Assembly (NCBI GenBank): GCA_030704615.1
Contig: CM060733.1
Location: forward strand, 65,968,001-66,032,000
DNA: 64,000 bases
DNA from: Takakia lepidozioides
Taxonomy: Eukaryota; Plantae; Bryophyta
Direction of reading: 5' to 3'
Both the position numbers and the translations under genes were made by a program. Below the pieces are notes generated by a model. It saw only the letters and a program-made list of their open reading frames with translations, ran no database searches and was not told where the DNA came from. This document shows positions 1 through 11,775 of the stretch, in pieces (position 1 is the first letter of the stretch; each line of letters opens with the position of its first letter).

Positions 1-36
1 CCTCCTCCCACGAGAAGCTCTTCGCCCCGCATACTG

Positions 37-456
37 GTGGGTGACCCCGCAGCTTGGCCCACCCATCGGTGGGGGAAACTGAAAAGACGGCGGCCACCAA
101 CAAAGGCGAACGACACCAGGATGGCCAACGCTCTTGCAATGCCCTGCATAGTGCAAGGTTGCAGGGATGTTCCTCACCCCGGGATGGGGCGCATATTTCA
201 GTTGTCAACAGCCGGGTCTGCTGCGCGCAGTGTCGTGTATACAATCACAGTTTCACAGTACCCAGCTTGCAACTGTGAGGACTTCCTTGTTATGGAATCA
301 AAGAATGCAGCATACGTCCCCTGCAAACACCTTTATTACATTTTTCTGAAGCGCATGAGTTGCATATCCGCAGTGGACGTCTTCATCCATACTCCAACAC
401 TGAGTTTCAACGACCTGCACAAGGCCCTACGGCAGGACACTGGTCGGACTGCTTGA
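37..456 (+). CDS. C-terminal SWIM zinc-finger region of a MULE-clan transposase (gene begins upstream of the window)
   Basis: YTITVSQYPACNCEDF...YVPCKHLYYIF aligns with the C-terminus of the 1197-aa ORF (YEITVSNFPNCTCPDF...FIPCKHLYFVF); CxC...CKH SWIM pattern. Confidence 0.85.
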   Translation: MGDPAAWPTHRWGKLKRRRPPTKANDTRMANALAMPCIVQGCRDVPHPGMGRIFQLSTAGSAARSVVYTITVSQYPACNCEDFLVMESKNAAYVPCKHLYYIFLKRMSCISAVDVFIHTPTLSFNDLHKALRQDTGRTA

Positions 457-1139
457 CATTCCACATTCGGGAAGGAGAAAGTGGCAATTATATTACATTC
501 ATGTTCTTGCACCCTATTTTTTTTGGAGGAATTATACACTTGGTGGTGCCGCATCGCCATGGCTACATGTGAATTTTGGTGCCGCAATACATGAAAATGT
601 GGTTTTTGGCCATGAATGGCATGCGCATGCTTTTTTTATTTTGGTTGTCTACAAATGGATCCGAGTAAAGCATACATTGTGTGGAGATTAACGGGCATTG
701 AGGCCTATTTCAGCGCCGTTTATGGTCTATGTACTGCATAGTGCTTCCTTGTTACTGCTCTTCATTCAATTTGTAGTGATTTCGCAGCCCATCCTGGCGT
801 TTTCGTCCACCTCTATGAGAAGACTCCAATTTGCTACAAATACATTGTTACTGTTCTGCAAATGTGATGTCTTTACAAGATTGCTAGTTCTGTGTCCCAG
901 TGGGAAGGGTCCTACTGCACATTCCAGCATTTGCATACTACACTTTGTGCAAACAGCAATCCATACGACACAGGACACCTCCCAGCATACTGGCAGTGAA
1001 TTGCAAAAAACCTTAACAGAAGATTATCCAAGCATGTATATTCCCCATATGGCACAGGGAAGCTGCTTGATTTCTGAATGAAAATGTATGTGCCATGAGT
1101 GTCGGCGAGTCAAAACATGTCTACTCTAGCATGCAAGAC

Positions 1140-1739
1140 CTATGGTCCCCTCGCCCAAGAAGAAGGAACTCTAACTGGCCTCTCAAGGACCTCCTGAGTG
1201 ACCGGGTGCCTATATTTGAACAAAATGTGAGTGGTTTCTGTCGCCCGGTTGAAACAAATGAGGATGTCGTTTTTATCGATAGCGCCCCCTTGGTAGAAGG
1301 ACATTTTCACAGTGGGCCCTGTGTTCCCCTCCTCCTCATCCTCATAACTGAAGAGAATGTCCCCACTTTCCGAGCCAGTCCGTCCACGCGTAAAGTTTTC
1401 ACCTATGCACTCATCATACATCCACTCGCAACAATTCCAGCGATACAGCAACGCTGTGCGTGATCTGTTCGGCTCCCACTCATGCGGAAAGTCCAGGTCC
1501 ATGATGCGTAGGAACCACCTGCTCCCCAGCCGGGGTCCAGGAGAATCGTGCAATCCTGGAAGAAACTCCATTGCTCTCAGCTGGACAAGTCGAGGATCGT
1601 CCCTAAAAACATCCAGGAAAACAATGATGTCGTCTGCTTTCGGGAAAATGACTCCCGTCTGGCGTCGATAGATGTGATTCGGGCACGACATGGCCTCACG
1701 ACATAGCACGAACTCAAAGCAGGGAGGAGATGGGCACAA
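1140..1739 (-). CDS. Uncharacterised transposon cargo protein, RWNCC family, copy 1
   Basis: 199-aa ORF. W.L.I.D.D.P...RWNCC.W...GDI...GG.I...D motifs are shared with 42400-43116 and 44503-44970. Confidence 0.7.
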   Translation of the reverse strand: MCPSPPCFEFVLCREAMSCPNHIYRRQTGVIFPKADDIIVFLDVFRDDPRLVQLRAMEFLPGLHDSPGPRLGSRWFLRIMDLDFPHEWEPNRSRTALLYRWNCCEWMYDECIGENFTRGRTGSESGDILFSYEDEEEGNTGPTVKMSFYQGGAIDKNDILICFNRATETTHILFKYRHPVTQEVLERPVRVPSSWARGP

Positions 1740-1804
1740 CAGAGAAGAGTGAAGAGCAAAATGAGAGCAAGGCCTCCCTTACCGTAGGGCGGGTATTTGC
1801 TCTC

Positions 1805-2282
1805 CGGAGCCCAATTTTGGCGCCGTTATTGGATGGAGTGCGGAAGCTTCAGCCGAGAATTTTGTTTCCGCAGGTCAATTTTGGCGCCGTTATTGGTTGC
1901 AATCCCTAGCCTTCAGCCGGGTATTTGGTTTCCGGACCCAATTTCGGCGCCGTTATCGGTTGCACTCCGGTGGCTTCAACCGAGTATTTGATTTTCGGCG
2001 CCCATTTCGGCGCCGTTATCGCCTGCACTCCGGAGGATGCAGCCGGGTATTTGGTTGGCGGAGCCCAATTACTTTCACCGTTGTTGGCTTCACTCCCGAG
2101 CCTTCAGCCGGCTATTTCTTTTCCTGTGCCCAATTACGGCGCCGTTATACCCAACCATCATGCACTTCTGCAACAGTACTATCCACGGTTATAGGTCGCC
2201 ATTGCGTTTTCGGAGTTAGCAAACCCGGATCCTAATTCCGCTTGCGTCTCTGCCTCTGGGATAATTTCGGTGCCGTTATTGC
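1805..2282. repeat. ~63-bp-period array with imperfect palindrome AATT(T/A)CGGCGCCGTTAT
   Basis: Copies near 1811, 1876, 1938, 2001, 2130 and 2260. Confidence 0.8.
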
Positions 2283-2541
2283 CCAGAATTCAGTTTTTCT
2301 ATGACCTGGCCTAGCGGTCCATGAGCCTGGGCTCCAAGTCATGAGCGTACACTGGTACTCATGAGCGGAGTGCTTCCAGCATGAGCGCGGAAATCTTCGA
2401 TTTTTGATTATTTTATAGTTTTGGGCCCGAAAAAAATCTGCCGAAATTCGAAGTGTGTTACTTTGCGGCTCATGGGTGAGCCATGCCCGCTCATGAGCTC
2501 ATGAGCTCACCGCTCATGAGCTCATGGAATAGCAACCCCCG

Positions 2542-3216
2542 GAGGGACGTCTACACCGCAGTTCATGGACAGGAGGAACGTGCTTTTTTTTGCCAGGGGG
2601 GATTTCATGCCTAGTCCAAAAAGGGACTACATCCTTCATACTTATGCTGCCCGGCTTGCTTCGGTGTCCATTAGGAGGTCTTCCGAACTTAGTCGTGTAC
2701 AACAGATTTTAGACGAGGCAAGCCTCAAGAAAATGAAGATGAGGGAGGAGGCAACAGCTATTAGAGCCCGTCAGGCTCGTAGATTTGTCTTGGATTCTGC
2801 TGAGGAAAGTGGGGGAGAAGAGGCAGAAGATTCCCAGGAGGTGAGGTGGACAGTCCCCCAAGGAGAGGACGGAATTTTTGAGAGGCATAGTGGAACTGAT
2901 GCATCACAGAGCTCAGGGGATGGGGGGATGAGGGGGATGAGGAGGAAGGCGGGGCAAGTTCCTCGGAGGGTGTAGGAGAGTAGTGCCCATTCCGGCTATG
3001 ACAATTAGGACACACTTGTATAGATGTGGCTTGCCACAAATTTTGCAATAAAATGTTGCATTTCATTGCTATGACGAGTCCACTGGTGCCAAATTCCAAC
3101 TTCATATGACCTTATTTCCATGCCTCCTAATCCTATTTCCGTGGACACACAATGGTCCGCTCATGCTTTTTTTTTTGCCGCTCATGCTCATGTCGCTCAT
3201 GAAATAGCAACCCCCG
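2542..3216 (+). mobile_element. Right end of a second MULE-clan element (element B) with the last exon of the ParB-MTase cargo gene
   Basis: ORF 2565-2975 (NVLFFARGDFMPSP...YAARLA...VRWTVPQGEDGIFE) matches 45780-46082(-) and 62703-62981(+). Terminus CTCATGAAATAGCAACCCCCG at 3196-3216. Confidence 0.75.
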
Positions 3217-3282
3217 TTGGGGGCGGCTACGGCAATTTGCCAAGCTCCATTGTTTTCTGCCACGACAATTGCAATGTAGGGG

Positions 3283-4140
3283 ATGCGGCCAGCTGTAGTG
3301 TTTAGACTGGTAGCTGCACTCTGTGAGAGTGGTGATGCATCGGCACTATCTGCGGGGATAGCGGATAAGGTGCAATGCATGAATGCCCTGGATTCAAGGG
3401 TGAAGACAACCACAACTGCGCCATGGCAAGCAACAGTTGCAAGGTTGCAGGAGTTGTCAGCTAGGCCAGCCATTGAGCGCAGTATGGTGACTCCTGGGGT
3501 AGTCCTGGTGGACAATCAAGATGGTGTGTTTCAGTTGGGTGGCCCAGTCGGGAGGAGGTATAGGCCACTGTGGGTCTTGTTGGACTCGGGAGCACAGCCA
3601 TTGATGTTGGGAAGAGCAGCAATTGCAGGCTTGGGCCTTACAGAGGCGGATTTGGAGCCTTGCCCTTTCCAAATTCAAATATGTTTGGGCGGTTCAGAGA
3701 AGGCACGAGGGATTACACGCCATGAGCTCTTCATTCGATTGCAGCCAGATCATCCTACGGATGGCTCAATCATGAGAGCTAAAGCCATTGTTACGGACGC
3801 AATGTCCTATGATGTGCTTGTTGGTGGGGTTGTGTTATACCCCATGGGCTTTACTTTGGACTTTTGGGAAGAAACGGCATCCTATAGGCCGGAGTGGCAG
3901 TCAGGAGATGGCCGACGTGCACTGCTCCCAGTGCGGTTTATTAGGAATGTAGCGGTGGATCATAGGAACCTGATGCTCACATTGGCTGCATTCTCAGGGG
4001 TGGTGGCTTGGGGTGGTGAGCTCTTGGAGGGCAATAGCCATGCAGATGATAGGCCATCACCTGATGAGGACAAACAATTGGCATACAAGGCTGATTTGCA
4101 TCCTCATGTGCCTGTGCATATTCCACTGTGGGGTACGGTT
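3283..4140 (+). pseudogene. Retroviral-type aspartic protease region of pol
   Basis: VLLDSGAQPLML and YDVLVG motifs; frameshift near 4140. Confidence 0.8.
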
Positions 4141-4297
4141 GGGAAATTTACATCGAGTAGCAGGCGAGTGTGTGCACCAAGCATGGCAGGAGGCCTTTCC
4201 ATTGGTGAGTGAGGGGAGTTCAGTGACATCACCTGGACCTCCTGAGTTAGCTCCTTTGGACACGGTGCCCATTACCTGGCAACCACCTGACTCAGGG

Positions 4298-5245
4298 ATT
4301 TGTTTGCTGGACCTGTTTGGAGGCATGAACATTGGGCTTGCAGGAGTGTTGCAAGCATGGATTAAAGTACACAAGTACTTGTATGTGGAGAAGGATGAGA
4401 TAGCTTGGCGTATTTCTATGCGCCACATCGCCTTGCTCACACATCGGTATCCTGAGTTGTTGTCTCTCTCAGCAGTTCAAGGGTATCAAAAGGCCTTGCC
4501 AGCAGACATTACCTTAGTGGGGGCGGATGATTTGGAGCGGCATGGTTCCATTGATTTGGTGATAGCCGGATGGCCTTGCCAAGGACACTCTCCCGCAGGT
4601 CATGGGAATGGCTTGCATGATGCACGATCGCATTTGTTTTGGGAGATGTTGCGAGTGTTGCGGGACTTGCAGACGAGGCAAGTGCAACCTCTAGGCTATA
4701 TCTTGGAGAATGTTCCTCTTATGGGGGATTCTCGGGCCAGGGTTATGGCCAGTATGCATCAGGTGTGGTCTTGGACTGGATCGGCGGTGCTATTGGATGC
4801 AGCAACGGTGGGATCACGCGCGCATCAACCTCGATTGTGGTGGACCAATCTTGCACCACCAGAGCTGCTCAAGATAGCATATGATTCCATTCAACGACCA
4901 CCCAATCTCACGGTTGAGGGCATTTTGGACCAAGGGAGACAACCACAGAGGGTGCGACATGATGACCATCCACCTCTGGCGGTGGTCAATCGAGTGGGGC
5001 AGCCACGTTCGGCTTTGCCTACGCTCATGAGCTTTCCCTCGTCTCATGCTTTTCGAGACAATGGTGCTGGATTGATTTGGGATAGTGTGCTACAGCAATT
5101 GGTGGAGCCCAATGCGGATGAGCGAGAGCAGCCAATGGGTTTTACCACGGGCACTACAGATGTGCCAGCTCTGTCAGAGGTATCACGCCGCCAAGTGTTG
5201 GGTCAAACAATGGATCTAAATTGCTTGACATGGGTCATTGGCTTG
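4298..5245 (+). pseudogene. C5-cytosine DNA methyltransferase domain embedded in pol
   Basis: Motifs in canonical order: I LDLFGG, II YVEKD, IV IAGWPCQG, VI ILENV, VIII AHQPRLWWTNL, IX EREQPMGF, X VLGQTM. Confidence 0.92.
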
Positions 5246-5659
5246 TGCATGGCTGAGCAACGGAGATTGCAAGCATTGATGGCTACTTCTGCACTCCCAT
5301 TGGATAGTACATCCTCCCTGCCAACCAGGACGGTTGAGGCAGTGAGTGGGGGTGAGCACAGGATCATGGGTTGCAAACACCCATGGCAGATGTGGGATGA
5401 GATGCGCAAAAAGAGAGTCATTGGATCTCTTAAGCAGCAGTATGAGGAGTGGGGAGAGCCATGGACTGAGGGTCAGTTGGAGGCCAAGGTGGCCAAGGTT
5501 TGAAGAGGTTGAGGATGTTTCTTGCACAGAGGATGTTCTCAAGGTGGCTATGGCGGAGCAAGTGGAGGCTACGCCACAGTTAGATTGGGCAGACAAGGCC
5601 CAAGAGGTTGCTATCTAGTAACCAAAGGATTCGTCTCCTACCTCCAAGCCTGGTGTACC

Positions 5660-7030
5660 CAAGGTTGCAGGTACTGAGGACAATTGGGAACCAGATCTTG
5701 GACCTACAGTCACCGGAGGAGAGAGACGGAGGATCCAGCGATTTCTAAGGGCTTATAGAAATTGCTTTGCCTTCGGTTTGAAGGATTTGGGGAGTTTGAA
5801 GGGTCAGGAGATTCGTATTGATTTGGCAAGTGACACGCCAATCTTTTGAAGGCCCTACCGGTATAGTGACATGGAGAGGTCATTGATCTAGTCACGGACT
5901 ATGGAGTTGTTCGAAGCTGGATTGGTGGAGTTGTCAGGCGGGGAGTATGCCCAACAACGGTGATGCCAGCTAAAAAGGATATCTATGGCAATTGGACAGA
6001 AAGAAGGATGTGTGGGGACTATCATCCTGTGATCTGGTTACTTGCGATCCGGTTACCAATAGTTGCCAATCAAAGAGGCTGACAAGCAAAAGACGACATT
6101 CTGGGGGATTGACCAACATGGAAAGGATTGTTTGTACCAATGGCGGTTCTTACCGTTTGGGTTGAAGAATGCTCCTGCAGAGTTTCAGAGGTTCATGGAT
6201 AGGATTCTCGCGGGGCTAGACTTTGCCCGGTGCTACATTGATGACATAATCATCTTTAGTGCTACGTTGAGGAGCATAAGAGACACCTTCAGGTGGTGTT
6301 TGAGCGCTTGAGAGCGCACGGGTTGAAACTGCACCCTGGAAAAGTGCAAGTTCTTCCACAATCAGATTGAGTATCTGGGCCACATGATATACCCTGGAGG
6401 ATTGGGTGTTCAACAGACAAAGGTGGAGGCCATTGCATGCATTCCACGCCCCATGGATGTGAGCAGAGTTTGTGCTTTCATGGGATTGGCAAACTACTAT
6501 CGACGGTTTGTCAAGGGATTTAGCAGCATTGCAAAGGCTCTTACCAAGTTGACCAAGGTGGGTCAGGAGTGGCAGTGGGAGGAGGAGCATGAGGAAGCCT
6601 TTGAGGAACTCAAGGCTCGATTGACTTCTGCACCTATTCTGAGGCGGCCTATTCGGGGGCGGCATTTCCATCTACATACGGATTGGAGTATGCTGGGGAT
6701 TGAAGCAGTGCTCACACAGGTGGATGATGAGGGAAGAGAGTTCGTAGTGGCATATGCTAGCCGCTCGAACAATGATGCCGAGGCGAAGTATAGTTCCTAT
6801 GAAGGGGAGTGTCTAGCTGCGGTATGGGTAGTGGCACATTTCAGATGCTACCTCTATGGCAATCTCTTCACCCTTGTCACGGATCACCAACCATTGAAGT
6901 GGTTGATGGAGTCAGACAAGCTTACAAAGAAACTTGCACGGTGGGCACTTATGCTTCAAGAGTACGACTTCTAGGTGGTGCATTGAGCCGGTATTGTCAA
7001 TCGGGATGCAGATGGATTGAGTCGTAATCC
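5660..7030 (+). pseudogene. Reverse transcriptase and RNase H, disrupted
   Basis: KTTF...[14 protein letters not shown]...YIDDII; FMGLANYYRRFV; RNase H motifs; several stops and frameshifts. Confidence 0.92.
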
Positions 7031-7216
7031 ATGTACGAGCGAGCATGATAATACTAGAGCTCGGTGGCATGGCGAGACGGTTGAGGAGATGGTGTCAGGA
7101 TGGCATGCATCCTTTTTGTGCATTCTAGCAATGGGAGCTCAAGCTGGTCCATCCCATGCGATTGGTCATAAAGATAGCGTGCAGAGACTAGTGAGGAGTT
7201 TGGTGGTGCTAAGGAT

Positions 7217-8665
7217 GTGCATGAAGATGGAGCAGTGTTGGCATACCTTCATACCGGAGAGACAGTAGCCAGTGTGACTGCTAAGGAGAGAGATCGGGTC
7301 CTACAACGAGGCAAGAGATTCAAGTGGGATGGGACTCATCTACTCCGAGTATGGGAGGATGGACGAGTGAGGATTGTGCCTCATCCAACACAACGAGCGC
7401 GATTGGTACGCCATGCCCATGAGGAGTTGGGACATTTTGGGGTGCGGCGCACTCATAGTTTGCTGCAAGGGCAGTATTGGTGGCGGGGCATGCACACAGA
7501 TGTGCAACAGTTAGTGGCAAGGTGCATGGTGTGTGATAGAGTGCGGGCTTCTTTCAATGCCCCTACCTCACAATTGCATCCTTTACCCATTATGGGTTTG
7601 GGCTATCGTTGGAGTCTTGACTTTGCAGGCCCATTGCCATTGACGATTCGCCATAACAAGTATGTGCTGGTGATGGTGAAACACTTCTCCAAATGGATTG
7701 AACTGGTGGCATTGCCTGACAAGGCAAGTGAGGGGGCTGCGTATGCATTCTTAGATCGAGTGCTTAGCCATTTTGGTGCTCTAGCCGAGATACTCACGGA
7801 CCAGGGGAGAGAGTTCTTGGGGGAGTTTCAGGCTTGTGTGAGAAAGCCTTGATAGATCACCGCACTACTTCTCGAGATCATCCCGAGGCTGATGGCTTGG
7901 CGGAGAGAGTTGTTCAGACAGTCAAGAGAGGTTTGCGCAAGTACGGTTTGCAGAAGGGACACCTAGGAGATTGGGACCTTCAATTGCCTTGGCTAGCTAT
8001 GGGCTATAGGTTCAGCAAACAAGCTTCATTTGCCTCCTTCTCACCTTACTTTCTTCTCTTCAGCCGAGAGCCGGATTTGCCTGCATCTATTTGTAGGGAG
8101 GCTGCAGTAGTTCTCAACCTTGATGATCCGGATGTGTGGACACAAGCATGTGCCCAGCGGGCAGAGTTGTTCAAGAGAGTCATACCTATGGCTTTTGATA
8201 ACCTTGCTATTGCCCAACACCGAGACACATTGAGGTACGTCACTATACGTGGAGGGGGATATCGGCCAAGTGTTTGGCGTTTCCACCCTGGGAACTATGT
8301 GTATTTGCAGCAGACAGCGCCTACGACCTTGGATGTCACAGCAGGACGTGTGATTCTAAGGGTCAGGGAGGTGTTGCCTTCAGGAGTGTTGATTATGGAG
8401 GGTCGAGACGGCGTGGTATGGAAGGACCATGTGCGCAATTGTGCACCATGTCACCTTCCACATGTGGATGGGAGGATAGATCCCAACCTTGCCGTGGTAC
8501 CTGTAGGGTTGCGTTGCATGCTATGTGGGCATGCTGGTGGTGACGCAACCATATTGGTGTGTGACAAATGCTCAAGGGGGTGGTACACGGGATGCTTGAC
8601 ACCGCCACTTGAGGAGGTTCCTATCGGATAATGGTTGTGTCCACGATGCCTTGGACAAAGGTAGT
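7217..8665 (+). pseudogene. Integrase with C-terminal PHD finger
   Basis: HHCC zinc domain and DDE core, then CMLC...ILVCDKCSRGWYTGCLTPPLEEVPIG*WLCPRC. Confidence 0.9.
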
Positions 8666-9008
8666 GGGCAAGACAATGGTGAGGCGAACAAGTGATCCAA
8701 GGTCTAGTTAGTGGGGCTTCAATGCCATGGATACTCAACTGAAGATCATGGATTGCATGAAGGCGACTAACGATGGGGCTACGTTTGCACCCGACCTCTT
8801 GATCTATCGACTTCAGGTGTTGGGACTTGTGCGATTGAAGACCAAGCGATGATCTTATTGGGGTGGATACTTGCAAACTATCCGGTGTTAGAGGGACCTA
8901 ATCACCAGCTAGGGGGGCGATTGTGGCGTGGCTTTCTAGGACTATATGCTAGGAAGTGTGGTTGGACAGAAATGTATGTTGTGGCACGATGCTTAGGTGC
9001 ACGACAGC

Positions 9009-9696
9009 TGTCATGGTTTTATTTGTGATTAGTTAGAAATAGTTATTTCTAGCTAATTAGGACATTATACATTTATATTTGTATTTTGTTGGCATTGGGA
9101 CTTCATTTGGTTCCATGTGCCAAGTGAGGTGGCGAACCTCACTTGGGACGTGGGGATGTTATCTCCACTTGAGACGTAGGCAGGCTCGTCTTAGCCTCCC
9201 GAGGCCTCTCTCGCCGCCATAGCTCTAGTATTTGAGATGGAGAGTGGGTGAGGTCTGTATGGTGGAGTCCTTTAGCAAAGGTGCCATTGGCTTGACTTAT
9301 ATAACGTGATAGAGTGGTTTCTCCTTTTTTCACCATTTTTGTATCACTAGAAGAAGATACGGAAATGGTGAAAAGAGGAGAAACCACTCTATCACGTTAT
9401 ATAAGTCAAGCCAATGGCACCTTTGCTAAAGGACTCCACCATACATACCTCACCCACTCTCCATCTCAAGTACTAGAGCTATGGTGGCGAGAGAGGCCTC
9501 GGGAGGCTCGACTAGAAGAAGACGAGCCAGCCTACGTCTCACGTGGAGATAACATCCCCACGTCCCAAATGAGGTTCGCCACCTCACTTGGCACATGGAA
9601 CCAAATGAAGTCCCAATGCCAACAAAATACAAATATAAATGTATAATGTCCTAATTAGCTAACTATTTCTAACTAATCACAAATAAAACCATGACA
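9009..9696. repeat. Long inverted repeat (fold-back): arms 9009-9345 and 9356-9696, 10-nt loop
   Basis: TGTCATGGTTTTATTTGTGATTAG... at the left end is the reverse complement of ...CTAATCACAAATAAAACCATGACA; the opposite-strand ORFs 9139-9387 and 9314-9646 are near-identical. Confidence 0.95.
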
Positions 9697-10739
9697 ATGG
9701 AAATGTGTGGAATACAATGAGAACTGCAGTAAAAGTCTGACATCATACCTCCCGCATGTACTGTCCGAACTGTCTATACCGGTAATGCCACCACCCCAAC
9801 TTGTTGATGACAATAATAATTTGTCTCTGAAAAGGAAGAGAGATTTCGTCGAAGCATGGATAACCCGACCCAGAGTCTTGCAGAGAACGTGCAATAGGGT
9901 GTATGCCCCAACACTTGCAACGAAAATATACTCTAGAATTGTTAAGGTTTCAGACCGATGGGCGGGACCCAAGTAGACAACATACTCACACATCAAAACA
10001 ATGTTATGCCATCATATTCCATGCAGAGAAATAAAAGGTCCACAATTTGCTTGAGAGTGCATACATGTTTGCACCATTAACAGCCTGGAAGTGCATTCCA
10101 TCAGCGCTCAGAGCGCCCCACCGTCCAGTTGCGGAAGACTGGGCATTCTGCTCAACAGACCGCGGAAATGGCCAAACAGACTACTAAGCAAACTGCATAA
10201 GTACAGAATAACACTGCCAAGTCTGCTGATGGTTTTCGGCTAACAGACTGGGTGGTCCAGCAGACATACAGTATGGACAGACTGTGTGGTCTTCTGCACT
10301 GTCCATCGAACTGCTCCCACGGAGCGTACTCGTCCAGACACGGAGCCCAACTGCACACATATACACTATGCATCAAAGTGCCACACACTCTGCCAAACAG
10401 ACTGATGAGCGGCCAGCAGATTGTGCGATAGACTTCTCAGCATGCAATAGACTCGTCGGCAGACTGCTCAGCGGCAGCAGACTGCGCGGAAGACTGGTCA
10501 AACAGACGGAGACTGCTGTAGTCTGCTAACAGTAGTTAATAGTAGAACCAAGTAGTCTGCTCAAGTGAGGACGTGGGGTGGTTGTCTACTGGACTGTATT
10601 GTTCGGCCATTGTACAACTTCTTTTGACGAACTTGCATAGGTGGGAACAGTATGAGTGCATGTAGGCCTTCATCTCAGAAAATATTACATACATTCAGAA
10701 TGTGAATTGAAACAACATTGAATGTATATATTTATTTCC

Positions 10740-11775
10740 TCAAGGGAGCAGTTTTTCTGCATCGTCCAAACCACGGCGGATATACTTTCCACACTGCAAT
10801 CGTTGCAATAACGGAAACCTGAAATTAAACCACCTTGGTGTGAAGGCTTGTCCCCTCTCTTTGGTTTTCTGCCTATCGCCTTTCAGCCAGTCGTAATACC
10901 CTTCAATGCAAGACATCACGTAAAACCCACACTCCCAACTGAAAGGTTGTTGGGGCACTTCGGGAGAGTTGAACTGAAATGCCATTACTTCATCCCATTG
11001 TGGAGTCCCAACAGCATATCCAAAGCACCCTGCATGCACCTTGCGAATCCAACCAAGGAGCTGTACGCAAGTATGCATTTCCTTCCGGGAGTTCAAGTGG
11101 GTGTAGGCGCCTTTCCTTAGGTCGATGATAATGACGCTCCAGTGACACCTTCAATGTAAAAATGAACATGCCCGACAATTTCATTAGTCCCAAACCCAAC
11201 AGACTCTGCAGACCAATAGACAAACATACTCGGCTGTCCAAATGGCCAACTGCCCAACACACACAGGACTCCAACAGATGCAACGGACTAGCAGTCCAAT
11301 AGACCAACAGTCCAAGAGTGCATGAGTCCAACAGACGATGACGTCCAACTCACACGACAGTCGAACAGACCATGAGGTCGAACACACACAGAAGACCCAA
11401 TATTCAGCAGACAGCAAAATGTGCAACAAGTCCGTCGGATCTTACCCTTGCAAGACCGACACCAATATATGAGTGCAGTCTTTAATGTCTTTGCCAAGTC
11501 GCGCAGGAGTCAAGGCACCATCAAGGTTTGCCACCAAAGTTTTCGCGTGGGGCTGTGTCGAAAGTTTGGAAAAGAGACCACGTCGACGTTGGCAAAAGAG
11601 CGATAGTGCCATATGTCCTCAAGTCTAGGGTGTTCTCGAAAAAACGACACCAGACATCCAAAAGTCTGTCCGAGCACTCCGACTCAACCACGTTCAGTGC
11701 TTTCATGTCTTCCGGCGCAATGCCACATCGGAACCGCGAGTCTCCTTCGAAAAAATACACCATGCTATTCCCAGC
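10740..11775 (-). pseudogene. Ulp1/C48 SUMO-protease-like domain, spliced, probably the 3' end of a longer gene
   Basis: Exon reading CHWSVIIIDLRKGAYTHLNS then VPQQPFSWECGFYV (His, Gln and Cys present; the Asp position is Asn); upstream SDRLLDVWCRFF. Confidence 0.75.

Larger units (their letters stand above)
1..2541 (+). mobile_element. 3' part of a MULE-clan DNA transposon (element A): transposase tail, RWNCC cargo gene, palindrome array, right terminus
   Basis: Contains a SWIM-bearing transposase C-terminus. Ends in (CATGAG)n subterminal repeats and ...CTCATGGAATAGCAACCCCCG, a terminus also seen at 3216 and, inverted, at 41932. Confidence 0.75.
3217..9008 (+). mobile_element. Decayed Ty3/Gypsy LTR retrotransposon (PR - C5-MTase - RT - RNase H - INT - PHD), 5' end lost
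   Basis: LLDSGA protease; YIDDII RT; HTDWS...YASR...TDHQPL RNase H; HEELGH...CMVC plus LDFAGP/TDQG/GLAER integrase; PPT AGGGGGG near 8911 then TG at 8922. Many stops and frameshifts. Confidence 0.93.

Noticed and set aside
9139-9646. Duplicated small ORFs on opposite strands
   Set aside because: A by-product of the long inverted repeat; no coding features.
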